Source of the DNA: Bacteroidota bacterium
GTDB taxonomy: Bacteria > Bacteroidota > Ignavibacteria > UBA10030
DNA length: 59,955 nt
Direction: 5' to 3'
Assembly (NCBI GenBank): GCA_015661185.1
Contig: JACVXU010000013.1
Coordinates: forward strand, 1-59,955
In this document: positions 17,585 through 27,192 of the stretch, piece after piece
Position numbering within the stretch: the stretch's first letter is position 1
Layout of the letters: each line of letters opens with the position of its first letter
Position numbers and translations under genes: made by a program
Notes under the pieces: model-generated
What the model was told of the DNA's origin: nothing
The model's input: only the letters and a program-made list of their open reading frames with translations
The model's database searches: none

Positions 17585-19119
17585 AGATCGAATGTGATAT
17601 AGCCGCGTATCTCTTTTCCCGGCCGCAGAATCACAGGATTGGCAAACAAGGGAACATAGAGGATTCGGTGACCGGGTGATTGTTCTTCATACAGTTTTGT
17701 CAGGAGAGTATTCTCAACTTCGGGTGATGCGAGTATTACGCGGGTTGGCGAAAAATCTTTTTCAACATTCCCCCACCACCCGACATGCTTCAAAGAACGA
17801 AGATACCAGGGAAGCGGCCAGTAGTCATCACCCGGATAGACAACCTGCACAGGCATCGATGATCCTTGCTCCGAATGTCGTGCAGCATTCTCCACCATTG
17901 CCGCGACATGCTGGACATCTTTTGTTGGATGAGCATAGACATAGGGATTTCCAGGGTCATCGCAGTACTTGAAATTTGAGAGTGAAGCCTGCCACGCGAG
18001 GTGGCCGATGATAAGGAGAACAATGGCGAAACCGACATGGCGCCATTGTTGTTCCCGAAACCACTCGAGAAACGCTACAACAGCGCAGGCCGCCATCACG
18101 ATGAAGGCCTGCCATGCACCTACTATTAACCATGGAGTCTTGTAAGGGATTGCGGATGAGACGATGAACATGAAAAGACCATACAATCCCACAAAAAGTT
18201 TGAAGTCCCTCGCGCTCCGATCTGTTTCCGTTTTGTCTTTCAAGGCACTCCATATTCCGACAAGACCGAAGACAAGGATTGCGATCTCCGTCCACACCGG
18301 TCCTTCACTCCCTCTTGACCACGTGAGGAGTTTCAAGAAGTAGTACCAGGGGTGATCATGTCTTCCGCTTTCGCCCGCTCGTTGGAAATAGGTCTGATAA
18401 GCAAGCAGGGAATCTACAACACCATTCCAATTTGTGGTGAAGGATGAAAAGAAAAGAATGGCTGTGAGAGAGGCGGCGAGGATTACTACTCCCAAATTCT
18501 TGAGCGAAAGAGAATACTGTCTCTCCCCCTTTTGCCGGTGAAGGAGAATAACAACCAGTAGAGATAATCCCATACACCCGGCAGAAATGAGCCATGTCTC
18601 CTTCGTCGCATACATCAATCCGGCCTGAACACCTGCCAGAGCCGCCCAGATCGATTTTCCACTGAGGAGCAGCCGATAGATTGAAACGATGAAACCAAAG
18701 GTAAAACAAACCAGCAACATTTCCTGGATATAGTAGCGGCTGTAGAACACCGTCATAGGCGAGCAAGCAGTGAGAAGTGCTGCCCATGCAGTGGCTTGCC
18801 TCCCGAGACCTTTGATGAGAAAAAGAAGTAGGATGACAGAAAAACCACAGAGTGCCGGGACTATGCGTAGAGTTGTTTCTGTTACTTCGGTAAGATTGTT
18901 CTTTGACGAGAGCCAGGCTGGTATCAGTGTCAGATAATTCAGGGTAGGTCCGTGATACTCCTTCTTGTCGTAGTGATACGTGCCATGTTCAAGGAGCTCA
19001 CCGAACTTGACGGCGTGAACAGCTTCATCAGTATGCATCGGGCGAAGGTCGAGCGATAACAGGCGCAGGAGCGCACCTGCTATCAGCGCAACAACAACAA
19101 TCCACCCTTCCCATTTCAT
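17551..19119 (-). CDS. GT-C fold membrane glycosyltransferase (PMT_2/ArnT-like, TIGR03663-like)
   Basis: 522 aa and polytopic. N-terminal RLLSLDLRPMHTDEAVHAVKF...YHGPTLNY is typical of this GT-C family. Confidence 0.7.
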   Translation of the reverse strand: MKWEGWIVVVALIAGALLRLLSLDLRPMHTDEAVHAVKFGELLEHGTYHYDKKEYHGPTLNYLTLIPAWLSSKNNLTEVTETTLRIVPALCGFSVILLLFLIKGLGRQATAWAALLTACSPMTVFYSRYYIQEMLLVCFTFGFIVSIYRLLLSGKSIWAALAGVQAGLMYATKETWLISAGCMGLSLLVVILLHRQKGERQYSLSLKNLGVVILAASLTAILFFSSFTTNWNGVVDSLLAYQTYFQRAGESGRHDHPWYYFLKLLTWSRGSEGPVWTEIAILVFGLVGIWSALKDKTETDRSARDFKLFVGLYGLFMFIVSSAIPYKTPWLIVGAWQAFIVMAACAVVAFLEWFREQQWRHVGFAIVLLIIGHLAWQASLSNFKYCDDPGNPYVYAHPTKDVQHVAAMVENAARHSEQGSSMPVQVVYPGDDYWPLPWYLRSLKHVGWWGNVEKDFSPTRVILASPEVENTLLTKLYEEQSPGHRILYVPLFANPVILRPGKEIRGYITFDLWEKIQKDPSK

Positions 19120-19943
19120 TGCACAGCCCTACCGTAGACCTCGACTTCTATGTAATGATTGAGTTCGTTCGCTGTATTCCCGCGGCTGTAGAGACGGACA
19201 TACCTCCCTTGTACACCCTTCGCATCGATCAGTTTGCCTTCCGATGTCTCGACATAACTCATGTCCTTCCCCACTCCCCTTCCGGACGAATTATCGATGT
19301 CATTATTGAACACTGTCTGCACATTGGAGATGAAGTCGGAATCATCCGCCACCTGGACAATGAAATCGTGATAGACGACGGCTTGTTTATGATAATGCCA
19401 TACCACAAGGGCGTAGATATTATGACGGGCCTTTAAGTCGATCATGACATACTGCAATTTAGGGCCAAGCTCCACGAAGCTCCCTTCGGCGGCCTCCTTA
19501 TCGCCGTCGGTGATCATCGAAAGTTCGCCGATGACCGGTTGTTCGTCGGAGCTGCTGACCGCTTTTTTAAACGCAACGTTCCTCGTGCCTGCCGGAGCAA
19601 GGAATGGCGGGCGTGGTTTGCCAAGAGGCTTTTCCAGGTTTAGTACGGCAATATTCGTCGGCGTTCCCACAAACATTGGCTTAGGAAGTTTGATGTCCAG
19701 TTGAACGAGCTGCACATTTGCTGCCTGACCTGCAGGAGCGGTGGTTGTTGTCTGTCCCGGTTGAGATGTCGTCTGACCTGAAGATTGACCCTGCACAATT
19801 CCCTGCGCAGGCGCGGCAGCCTGCTGTCGCTGAGGTGTTTGTTGAGCCGGCTGCTGATTCTGCTGCTCAGAAGATTTTTGACACGACATCAGCAAGACTG
19901 TGCAGACGAATACGAAAAGGAGTTTACTCCAAGACTGTTTCAC
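19116..19943 (-). CDS. Lipoprotein with a Gln/Thr-rich linker and a C-terminal F5/8 type C (discoidin)-like domain
   Basis: Lipobox LLMSC. Low-complexity stretch QQNQQPAQQTPQRQQAAAPAQ...SSGQTTSQPGQTTTTAPAGQ. The C-terminus (RYVRLYSRGNTANELNHYIEVEVYG) resembles a galactose-binding/discoidin fold. Confidence 0.65.
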   Translation of the reverse strand: MKQSWSKLLFVFVCTVLLMSCQKSSEQQNQQPAQQTPQRQQAAAPAQGIVQGQSSGQTTSQPGQTTTTAPAGQAANVQLVQLDIKLPKPMFVGTPTNIAVLNLEKPLGKPRPPFLAPAGTRNVAFKKAVSSSDEQPVIGELSMITDGDKEAAEGSFVELGPKLQYVMIDLKARHNIYALVVWHYHKQAVVYHDFIVQVADDSDFISNVQTVFNNDIDNSSGRGVGKDMSYVETSEGKLIDAKGVQGRYVRLYSRGNTANELNHYIEVEVYGRAVQ

Positions 19944-19946
19944 GTG

Positions 19947-20615
19947 TTACTCCTTCACAAATTGTTCGGGTGATTGTTTAACATAGGCTATGGTGAGATA
20001 TAGATGAACGATCGCAACAAGCATCAGGAAGAGCGCACTGTATCCATGCAACCGGATGAGGACTTCTTCTCCTTCCGTTCCAAACAGGGGATACAATCCA
20101 AGGATGACGGTGAGCATGAGAGGAAGCGAGAGAACACTCACGAGCCAAAAGCAGGTCTTCCAGGCAAATCGGATAATGTTTTCTTTTTCCTGATACCGAT
20201 TGTTGATGAGCCCTCGGACTGCTTCCCCGTCACTTCTCAGGAAACGGAGGCGATGCGCCCAGAGAAGTGCCAGAGCCGAAAGAGAAAGTGCAAACAACGG
20301 TGCCACGGTTACGTGGATCACGAGAAGAATTCCGGTCAGATGATCGCCAAGAACGAGGAGTGGTACGAATCCGGTTATCGCGAGCAGGAGGAAAACAAGA
20401 ACCGTCAGGAGGAAAACAATTCTTCGTGCGAAGAGAAGGATATTCTCAGCAAGAAGAGCCTGTCGCTTCTGCCAAACAAGTAAAGGAAGCCTCATCTGAG
20501 AGACGAGAAACTCCCGAACGGCATTCCAATTCTTCCATTGACGTTTGAGATCATAGGCCAGAGCAGCGAAGAGTAGCAAAAGAGCCAGGCCAGAGATAGT
20601 TCGAAACAATGTCAT
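19947..20615 (-). CDS. Polytopic membrane protein with conserved intramembrane His residues (candidate b-type cytochrome/quinone-interacting subunit)
   Basis: About 5 predicted TM helices with His in or near them (LLVIHVTVAP, LWAHRL, LIRLHGYSALF, VAIVHLYL). Start ATG at 20615 overlaps the cytochrome c stop as ATGA. The track start at 20702 would overlap by 91 nt. Confidence 0.6.
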   Translation of the reverse strand: MTLFRTISGLALLLLFAALAYDLKRQWKNWNAVREFLVSQMRLPLLVWQKRQALLAENILLFARRIVFLLTVLVFLLLAITGFVPLLVLGDHLTGILLVIHVTVAPLFALSLSALALLWAHRLRFLRSDGEAVRGLINNRYQEKENIIRFAWKTCFWLVSVLSLPLMLTVILGLYPLFGTEGEEVLIRLHGYSALFLMLVAIVHLYLTIAYVKQSPEQFVKE

Positions 20616-22498
20616 TCTTCTTCCAGTGCAAGTGAACGGATCATACGCGCGAGCCCGCGCATGGTATAAAGAAGCACAATCGATGCCATCAGGAGAAAAC
20701 AAAGGATGATGATCAGTTGTAACCCGGGCCGGAAGAGAAACGACATCGAGAAAAGCCAGGCTGAGATTGCGGCTTTATCCTGAAAGTGTGTCATGCGCTC
20801 GACAGAATCTTGATCTGCAACATAGGGAGAGGCGACAAGCACCGTGCCGAAATGAAACGGAGCATCAGTCGCATGACAATCTGTGCAACCACGAACGCCG
20901 AGTGATTGCGCCTTGGGTCTGACGTCATGTGCAAGCGGCCAGAGATAGGGGGTTGCCGCTTCGTGATCCGATGTCTCAAGCTTTCCATCGGGTCCCATCG
21001 AGAAGAGTTTCCCCGAACTTACATAGACAGGAGTTCGCGTCGAGTCCAAAGCTTGCAGGCATTGGAGAATACCGTGAATATCACTCTCTCGTAAGATCGG
21101 CCATCGCGACAATACGCGTGTCGTATCTTTGGAGAGGATTTCCATCACAAGAGGGCGAACAACTTCCGGTAGGATAGGTGTCACATCATTGTCTTTTCTG
21201 AATCCCCAAAAGGCCGGCCAAAAAAGATTGTGGGGAGCATATGTGCCGTTTGCCTGTTTTGCAAAAACAGGAGCAACAATCTGCGGTAAGGCATCGTCCG
21301 CCTTATCGGCTTTGGGTATTCCGAGTGCATGGGCTCTTGATGTTTTCACACGAACTGTTGCCGAGGCGGGCCATGGACCCGAGTGGCAGGCGGTGCATGC
21401 AAGTCTTTCAAAATGGACAGGTGGAATTCCAAGATGCTGTGGTCGCGGTGCACCCTTTTTCCCCTGCCGGGGGATTGAAGTGTCATCGATTCCGATATGA
21501 CATCCCTTGCAGGTGAGGAATGCAGCAGCCGGTTTTCCGTTCAATTCCGCTTCGCCTTCATATCCACGCACCATTTGATGATCCAGACCATTTCTATGGC
21601 AATCGACACAGACCATTCCTGCAGCAAGATGAACGTCCTCTTCCCCCTCCCAGCGCTCCGGTTGTGACGGATCGATGACCTTTGAGGAGTGGCAGAAGGA
21701 GCATTGGGTGTGTGGCATCTTGCGGGGAACGTTGAAAAGAACTTTTCCAGTCACATCGAACCGCGACGAGTTGTAGGTAACTGTCGGTGGAAGAAAATTT
21801 GATTTCTCCGGAGGGACGGCGGAGTAGAGATCATAACTATCCGGCATCTCTCCTGCAGTTCCCTGCACGGTAGTAAATCCACTGCTCGCAGCAGCGGCCC
21901 AGCGGAAATTCTGCCGAAGGACCTGAACACCATATTCCGCTTGATTCTGTGCAGGATCGGCATTATGACAACTCTGACAATTCACATCGAGACTTCCCGA
22001 GACTTGCCAGCGCATGTAATCGTTGAGATCCTGAAGAGTCTCGTTTTCTCCAACTCCCCCCCCGGGCAAATGACGCCCGAATGTCGTAAGGAATTTGAAG
22101 GTCGAAAGACCAAGTGCAGCAGGATTGTAGGTCCCATTCCATTTCCTGTACGAGAGCGGAATTTGCACTGCTGCCTGACGGTCGACGAAAATCCACGGCT
22201 CACCGGCACGACCAGGGTGAACACTCGAATCTGCAGCATTGAAGTGCCATCCGGCTCGAATTTTCTCATAGTCGTGACATTTCCGGCACGTCTGTTTTGC
22301 TGAGAATGGCATGACAGGTTTCTCATCAAGGTTGATGACGTGATCGAACTCGTCACACAACTTGATCAAATGAACCGGCAGAGCCCTGTTACCATCGGCC
22401 ACATCTCCGATGGTAGTGGAAGTCTGCCCTGCAACAGTTCCGAGAGCCATAAAGAGAGGAATCAGGATACGAACAATATTCTTCCGTTCAGTCATCAT
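20612..22498 (-). CDS. Heptahaem c-type cytochrome with N-terminal signal peptide and C-terminal membrane anchor
   Basis: Seven CxxCH motifs: CRKCH, CQSCH, CSFCH, CVDCH, CKGCH, CTACH, CTDCH. Hydrophobic C-terminus LQLIIILCFLLMASIVLLYTM. Confidence 0.9.
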   Translation of the reverse strand: MMTERKNIVRILIPLFMALGTVAGQTSTTIGDVADGNRALPVHLIKLCDEFDHVINLDEKPVMPFSAKQTCRKCHDYEKIRAGWHFNAADSSVHPGRAGEPWIFVDRQAAVQIPLSYRKWNGTYNPAALGLSTFKFLTTFGRHLPGGGVGENETLQDLNDYMRWQVSGSLDVNCQSCHNADPAQNQAEYGVQVLRQNFRWAAAASSGFTTVQGTAGEMPDSYDLYSAVPPEKSNFLPPTVTYNSSRFDVTGKVLFNVPRKMPHTQCSFCHSSKVIDPSQPERWEGEEDVHLAAGMVCVDCHRNGLDHQMVRGYEGEAELNGKPAAAFLTCKGCHIGIDDTSIPRQGKKGAPRPQHLGIPPVHFERLACTACHSGPWPASATVRVKTSRAHALGIPKADKADDALPQIVAPVFAKQANGTYAPHNLFWPAFWGFRKDNDVTPILPEVVRPLVMEILSKDTTRVLSRWPILRESDIHGILQCLQALDSTRTPVYVSSGKLFSMGPDGKLETSDHEAATPYLWPLAHDVRPKAQSLGVRGCTDCHATDAPFHFGTVLVASPYVADQDSVERMTHFQDKAAISAWLFSMSFLFRPGLQLIIILCFLLMASIVLLYTMRGLARMIRSLALEEE

Positions 22499-23857
22499 TC
22501 AAACCTTGAACTCTTGATTGTCAAACGTCAGCTTTCTGCCTGTCTCAACCGCTTCGTTGACCTTGAGAACAGTCACAGCAGTTTCGTAAGCCACTTCGGC
22601 AGGGCAGTTGAGTCTTTCTTTTCCCTGGATGGCATTGAAGAAATTATCCAGGTGAGGTTTGTGGTACGGGTCATCGAATTTCACAGGAAGTTCAAACGAT
22701 GGTGGAGATACGGTTTCCCGTACATCAAGCACTGCATCGGTCTGAGGTTTCTTTTGTTCTCCGGTCGGCGCTTTCAAATATCCCATTGATACCCACTTGT
22801 CCCATTCGGGCGCGGTCGGCTCCCGGTATGCAGCACCGCGGCCTCCCGATTCTGAAATGACCAACGTCCCCTGATCGCCCATGAAACTTTCGAAGTAGCC
22901 CTGATTGCTGTTCGTGGAAATGGTTTGGTAGAAGGCACGGACTTTTCCGAATGTCGTTTCGTATTCAAATGTCGCGAGGACGGTATCAAACCACTCATGC
23001 GTCCTCCGATCGTAGTAGTCGATACCTCCGCTCGCCACGATAGTGTTCGGACGGGCATTCAAAAACCAGTTATAAATATCCAGCTGATGCGATCCGAGGT
23101 CCACGACAGGTCCGCCGCCGAGATGCCGGTACCACCGCCAGTTTCGAAATTCCTCCATCGAGCGGAAGCCATACTTTTTCAGAATGGAAGGTTCAATGGA
23201 AGATCCCTTCGGCCAGCCATTGTCAGGTTGAAGAGACCGGTTCCACTGTCCATTCACCGTGGTAATTCTTCCGAGAATCTTCGCTTCCTGAATGAGTCGT
23301 TTGTACGAATGAACATACTTGGGATTGCTTCTTCGTTGATGCCCGATTTGCAGCAGCTTCCGCGATTGCCGGGCGGCGCGAACCATTTGCCGTGCACCCT
23401 CTAGGGTGTTGGACATTTCCTTTTCGCAATAGACATGAAGACCAGCGCTCAAACAGTCGACCGTGTGCTGGGCGTGCCAGAAATCGGGAGTGGCAATCAG
23501 GACGGCGTCCAGTCCTTTTTCTTTTGCCAGCATCTGACGATAATCTTCGTACGCGTTGACTTTGTGGCCAAACTTATCAAGCATGCGCTGGGCACGTTTC
23601 AAGTTATACGCCTCCCAGATATCGCAGACCGCTTTGAATCGGACATTGGGGATTTTCAGGCATGCGTTCATCAATACCTGACCCTGCGCCCCGGCCCCCA
23701 ACAAGGCAATCCTCAACTCGTCTGAGGAAGAGGTCTTCTGTTCTGCCATCGCAGCCTCACTGCTCGAATTCGTTATGAGCAATCCTGCACCTGCAGCGGC
23801 GGTATATTGTAAAAACTTACGTCGATCAATTCCTGTCATCTTTCGTCTTTCACTCAA
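22499..23857 (-). CDS. Tat-signal Gfo/Idh/MocA-family oxidoreductase
   Basis: Twin-arginine leader GIDRRKFLQYTAAAGAGLL. Rossmann segment RIALLGAGAQGQ and the Gfo/Idh/MocA layout. Its stop directly abuts the cytochrome start. Confidence 0.85.
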   Translation of the reverse strand: MSERRKMTGIDRRKFLQYTAAAGAGLLITNSSSEAAMAEQKTSSSDELRIALLGAGAQGQVLMNACLKIPNVRFKAVCDIWEAYNLKRAQRMLDKFGHKVNAYEDYRQMLAKEKGLDAVLIATPDFWHAQHTVDCLSAGLHVYCEKEMSNTLEGARQMVRAARQSRKLLQIGHQRRSNPKYVHSYKRLIQEAKILGRITTVNGQWNRSLQPDNGWPKGSSIEPSILKKYGFRSMEEFRNWRWYRHLGGGPVVDLGSHQLDIYNWFLNARPNTIVASGGIDYYDRRTHEWFDTVLATFEYETTFGKVRAFYQTISTNSNQGYFESFMGDQGTLVISESGGRGAAYREPTAPEWDKWVSMGYLKAPTGEQKKPQTDAVLDVRETVSPPSFELPVKFDDPYHKPHLDNFFNAIQGKERLNCPAEVAYETAVTVLKVNEAVETGRKLTFDNQEFKV

Positions 23858-26800
23858 GTTCCTTAATGGTGATGTTGCGAAATTCTACCTTCAAACTGTG
23901 ACATTGAAGTCCAATGTATCCCGATCTACGTTTCAACCCAGGGTGCGTCGATTCTTTGTCCATATGCGAAATCAAATCGGCATCGACAATGACTTGATTG
24001 TTAAGCGTTACTAGTACACGCGGACCCTGCGCGACAATGGTGTAGTGCTGCCACTCGCCGGCCTTCTTCGTCACTCGCGGAGATGCTGCCTGCACGCCAT
24101 AGAGACTTCCGCAATACTGCCATGGTTTGAGATTGGCATATTCGGAAGCATAGTCATCAAGAACCTGGATTTCCATTCCAGTATAGGCAGGGTCACCCTG
24201 ACGGGGCGATCTGAGGAAAACTCCGCTATTTCCACCCGGCGCCAATCGGAAATCGAGATCAAGCTGGAAGTTATCATATTCCCGCTCCGTTGAAAGCCAG
24301 CCGCCGCCTTCACCCGTGGTGAAGAGAATTCCATCCTCCACACTCCAGTTCCCTTCTTTTCCATTGATCACTTTCCAGCCTGCCAGATCGCTGCCATTAA
24401 GGAGCGAACCGCTAAAGTATGTTTTGTTCCGGGGAATCTCGCGGATGAAAATATTCCGGAAGTAGAGCGGAGCATTATGTGATTGAAGTTCAATTTGTCC
24501 CCTTGGGAAAATCGGAATCTTCCGATCCCAGTAATTTTCCAGCACGACGCTATCGGCAATCATAACATCGTTGAGATATACCCACACCCGCTCGCCGATC
24601 ATGCGTATGCGGAAGGTGTTCCACTCCCCGATGGGATTGTCGGCTCGTTGCAACGGTTTGCTGGGATTCTTTTGATTATTATAGAGACCTCCGGATCCCA
24701 CCGGCCATTGAGCGGGGTCCCAAATCTGCACCTGCGGCGATCCGCGGAGATATATTCCACTATCCCCTTCCTTATCTATTTTCCAATCGACCAGAAGCTC
24801 AAAGTCCTCGTAGTCATTGACCGTGCACAGGCTCTCACCTTTTCCATCGAAAACGAGAGTACCGTCGGCAACCGACCAGTGGGCCCGCATGGATGAATCT
24901 GCCCGAACTTGTGCAGCAGCTAGCTGGGCGCTCTCCATCTTTGCTCGTTCAATCGGATCAGCAACGAGTCCTTTCCACCCTTTGAGATCTTTTCCACTAA
25001 ATAACGCTTTGAATCCTTCAGGTGGGGCATTCATCCCAGCAGTTGCATCGAAGCTACGCATCACCTGGTTCCGGAATTGCCGGGGTACTTCCGATTCAAT
25101 GAAAGCACGGGCTACAAGTGAAGAACCCAATTCATCGCTCTTTTCACTCTTACCGGAAGAAATCTTTCCTGCAGCAACGGATGCATCCAAACCAAGAGAG
25201 TCGTCTTTGATGAATGGAATAACGAGTTTCAAAGCCTCTTTGCACCGTAAGTTCCCGAGAGCACCAAGAACCAGCCGCTTCTCATCGACGCGTTCCGCGG
25301 CAGCAAGTGTTTCTTCATGATATCGGACAGCGGCTTGAGGTGAAATGGTCGCACTCTCAACGACACGCACGCAACCGCGTAAAGCCAGAACACGAAGATT
25401 CAGTTTCTCCTTGCTTCGGGCGATAACCAGGAGAGAATCGTAAGCCTGGATGGTCGGCCAGTCAACGAGAGCCCGGATTGCGGCATCCCGCACATCGGCA
25501 TCTTTACTTCTGATGCTTTCCATGACAACGGAGAGTGCCTTGGTTCCGCCGATGCGGCCGAGTGTCCGGAGCAGGATGAGACGATTCTCCGGAGATGCCG
25601 ATTGATAGAAGTCTAATACTTTATCTGCTCGTTTCTCTGGATCAACGATTCGTGAACAGAGAGTTACAAGACTCTTCTGCGCTGCTGATCGTTCGGACTC
25701 TTCCTTCAAACCGAGCATAGCTGACAATAACCGCTCTTGATCGATTTCCGTGGCAATAGCTCCCGATGCTTTAAGAGCGGCAAGCCTGATAGACGATGAT
25801 TCCTTTTTTGTCAGGCTGAGGATGGGTTCAAGCGGAACGAGCGAACCGTATTTCCTGAGAAGTTCTGTGAGCATGGCCACAGGCGGAATGACCTGCGTCG
25901 GCGGCAACTGTTCCAACACCTTTTTCACCGTCGCAAGATCGGCTGAATCTTTTCGTACTTGAAGTACATTCAGAATTGAACGAAGGGATTCGACCCCTTT
26001 CAATTGAAAGGCCGCTTCGATCGCAGAACGACGGACCAGACCGCTATCATCATTGATCGATTCGGTGAGAACAGAGTAAGCACTTTGATCTCCGCGCTGA
26101 CCCAGCATATCGAAGATCTCACTCCGGACCATATGACGGGCTGACCCTGCCATCGCCACCCATTTGCCTGTCACTGACTCGCCCGGGATACGAAGTGCCA
26201 ATCGGAGCGCTGCGACTCGGAACTCTTTACTGGAATCGGCCATCGCTTGAAGGAGATCATCAAGAATATCGGGTCCCTTGATTTGCGCTGAGAGCTCAAG
26301 CGCGGCTGCTCGAAAATGATTCTCGGTCTTGGAGGCTCGCTGCACGAGCAGGCTCCTGCAAAGATCCAGCGCCTTTGCACTCTTCCCTGCTTCCAACTGT
26401 CTCCGGGCAAAGAGGAGAAGGTTCCCCGTGAACTCGTTTTTTTCTGTTGTTTGAACGCTTTCAGCGGCCCTGGTGAGCATTTCTTCCGCCCTGATATCTC
26501 CAATATTTGCCAATGCGAAGAGAGCGGTAGGACGAATGGCAGGATCGTTCAAACCGGCTTCTTTCAATAAAGCCTCGACCGCGGCGCGACTACGCAACTC
26601 GCCGAGACTTTTCATCAGAGTGATACGGCAATTGCTCCCTGCTCCTGGGAGCGCCGCCAGCATCGGTGCCTCTGCTCCTTCCCGAATTGCCATCATGGCC
26701 TGCGCGGCTGGTTCACAGAGTTGTTCATGAACAAGAAACCGTGAGATACTCTCTATCGATTCACCTTTTCCAGCCACCTGCAATCGGGCCAGAAGAAACG

Positions 26801-27176
26801 CTGTGTGTTGAACGGGGAGCTGAGCGTCCAGGGCTTTCTTGACACCCGATACAAAGACGAGACGATCAGCCTCACCCCCCTGTCGGATGACGTATGTCGC
26901 CAGACCCTGTAAAGCAAATTCTGCTTGTGCATTACGATCCGTTCCACCAGCTTCGAGCTTTTGACAGACTTCCTGGACGGCACGTTGTCCCATGTGAAGA
27001 ATGGATGAAAACATCCAACGCGCCTCTACGGTGTCCCGGGCCGGCATCCGAGCCAAGAGTTGATCGAGTGTGAAAGGGTGAGAAACCACCGCCTTCTCGA
27101 CGGGTCTCGGTGAAGAACAACCAGACAGGAGCCAGGAGATCAACAGGAGAGCAGTAAGCACGGTACATTTCTTCAT
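23850..27176 (-). CDS. Large lipoprotein: N-terminal HEAT/ARM-like repeats plus two C-terminal DUF1080 (3-keto-disaccharide hydrolase family) domains
   Basis: Start at MKKCTVLTALLLISWLLSGCSS (lipobox LSGC) with AAGGAGAG upstream. About 700 aa of repeated helical units follow. Two DUF1080-like modules: FSGKDLKGWKG...WSVADGTLVF...DSGIYLRG...EWNTFRIRMIGERVWVYLNDV, and LNGSDLAGWKV...WSVEDGILF...NSGVFLRS...EIQVLDD...EWQHYTIVAQGPRVLVTLNNQ. Confidence 0.8.
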   Translation of the reverse strand: MKKCTVLTALLLISWLLSGCSSPRPVEKAVVSHPFTLDQLLARMPARDTVEARWMFSSILHMGQRAVQEVCQKLEAGGTDRNAQAEFALQGLATYVIRQGGEADRLVFVSGVKKALDAQLPVQHTAFLLARLQVAGKGESIESISRFLVHEQLCEPAAQAMMAIREGAEAPMLAALPGAGSNCRITLMKSLGELRSRAAVEALLKEAGLNDPAIRPTALFALANIGDIRAEEMLTRAAESVQTTEKNEFTGNLLLFARRQLEAGKSAKALDLCRSLLVQRASKTENHFRAAALELSAQIKGPDILDDLLQAMADSSKEFRVAALRLALRIPGESVTGKWVAMAGSARHMVRSEIFDMLGQRGDQSAYSVLTESINDDSGLVRRSAIEAAFQLKGVESLRSILNVLQVRKDSADLATVKKVLEQLPPTQVIPPVAMLTELLRKYGSLVPLEPILSLTKKESSSIRLAALKASGAIATEIDQERLLSAMLGLKEESERSAAQKSLVTLCSRIVDPEKRADKVLDFYQSASPENRLILLRTLGRIGGTKALSVVMESIRSKDADVRDAAIRALVDWPTIQAYDSLLVIARSKEKLNLRVLALRGCVRVVESATISPQAAVRYHEETLAAAERVDEKRLVLGALGNLRCKEALKLVIPFIKDDSLGLDASVAAGKISSGKSEKSDELGSSLVARAFIESEVPRQFRNQVMRSFDATAGMNAPPEGFKALFSGKDLKGWKGLVADPIERAKMESAQLAAAQVRADSSMRAHWSVADGTLVFDGKGESLCTVNDYEDFELLVDWKIDKEGDSGIYLRGSPQVQIWDPAQWPVGSGGLYNNQKNPSKPLQRADNPIGEWNTFRIRMIGERVWVYLNDVMIADSVVLENYWDRKIPIFPRGQIELQSHNAPLYFRNIFIREIPRNKTYFSGSLLNGSDLAGWKVINGKEGNWSVEDGILFTTGEGGGWLSTEREYDNFQLDLDFRLAPGGNSGVFLRSPRQGDPAYTGMEIQVLDDYASEYANLKPWQYCGSLYGVQAASPRVTKKAGEWQHYTIVAQGPRVLVTLNNQVIVDADLISHMDKESTHPGLKRRSGYIGLQCHSLKVEFRNITIKELE

Positions 27177-27192
27177 AGTTTGGGTCTCTCCT

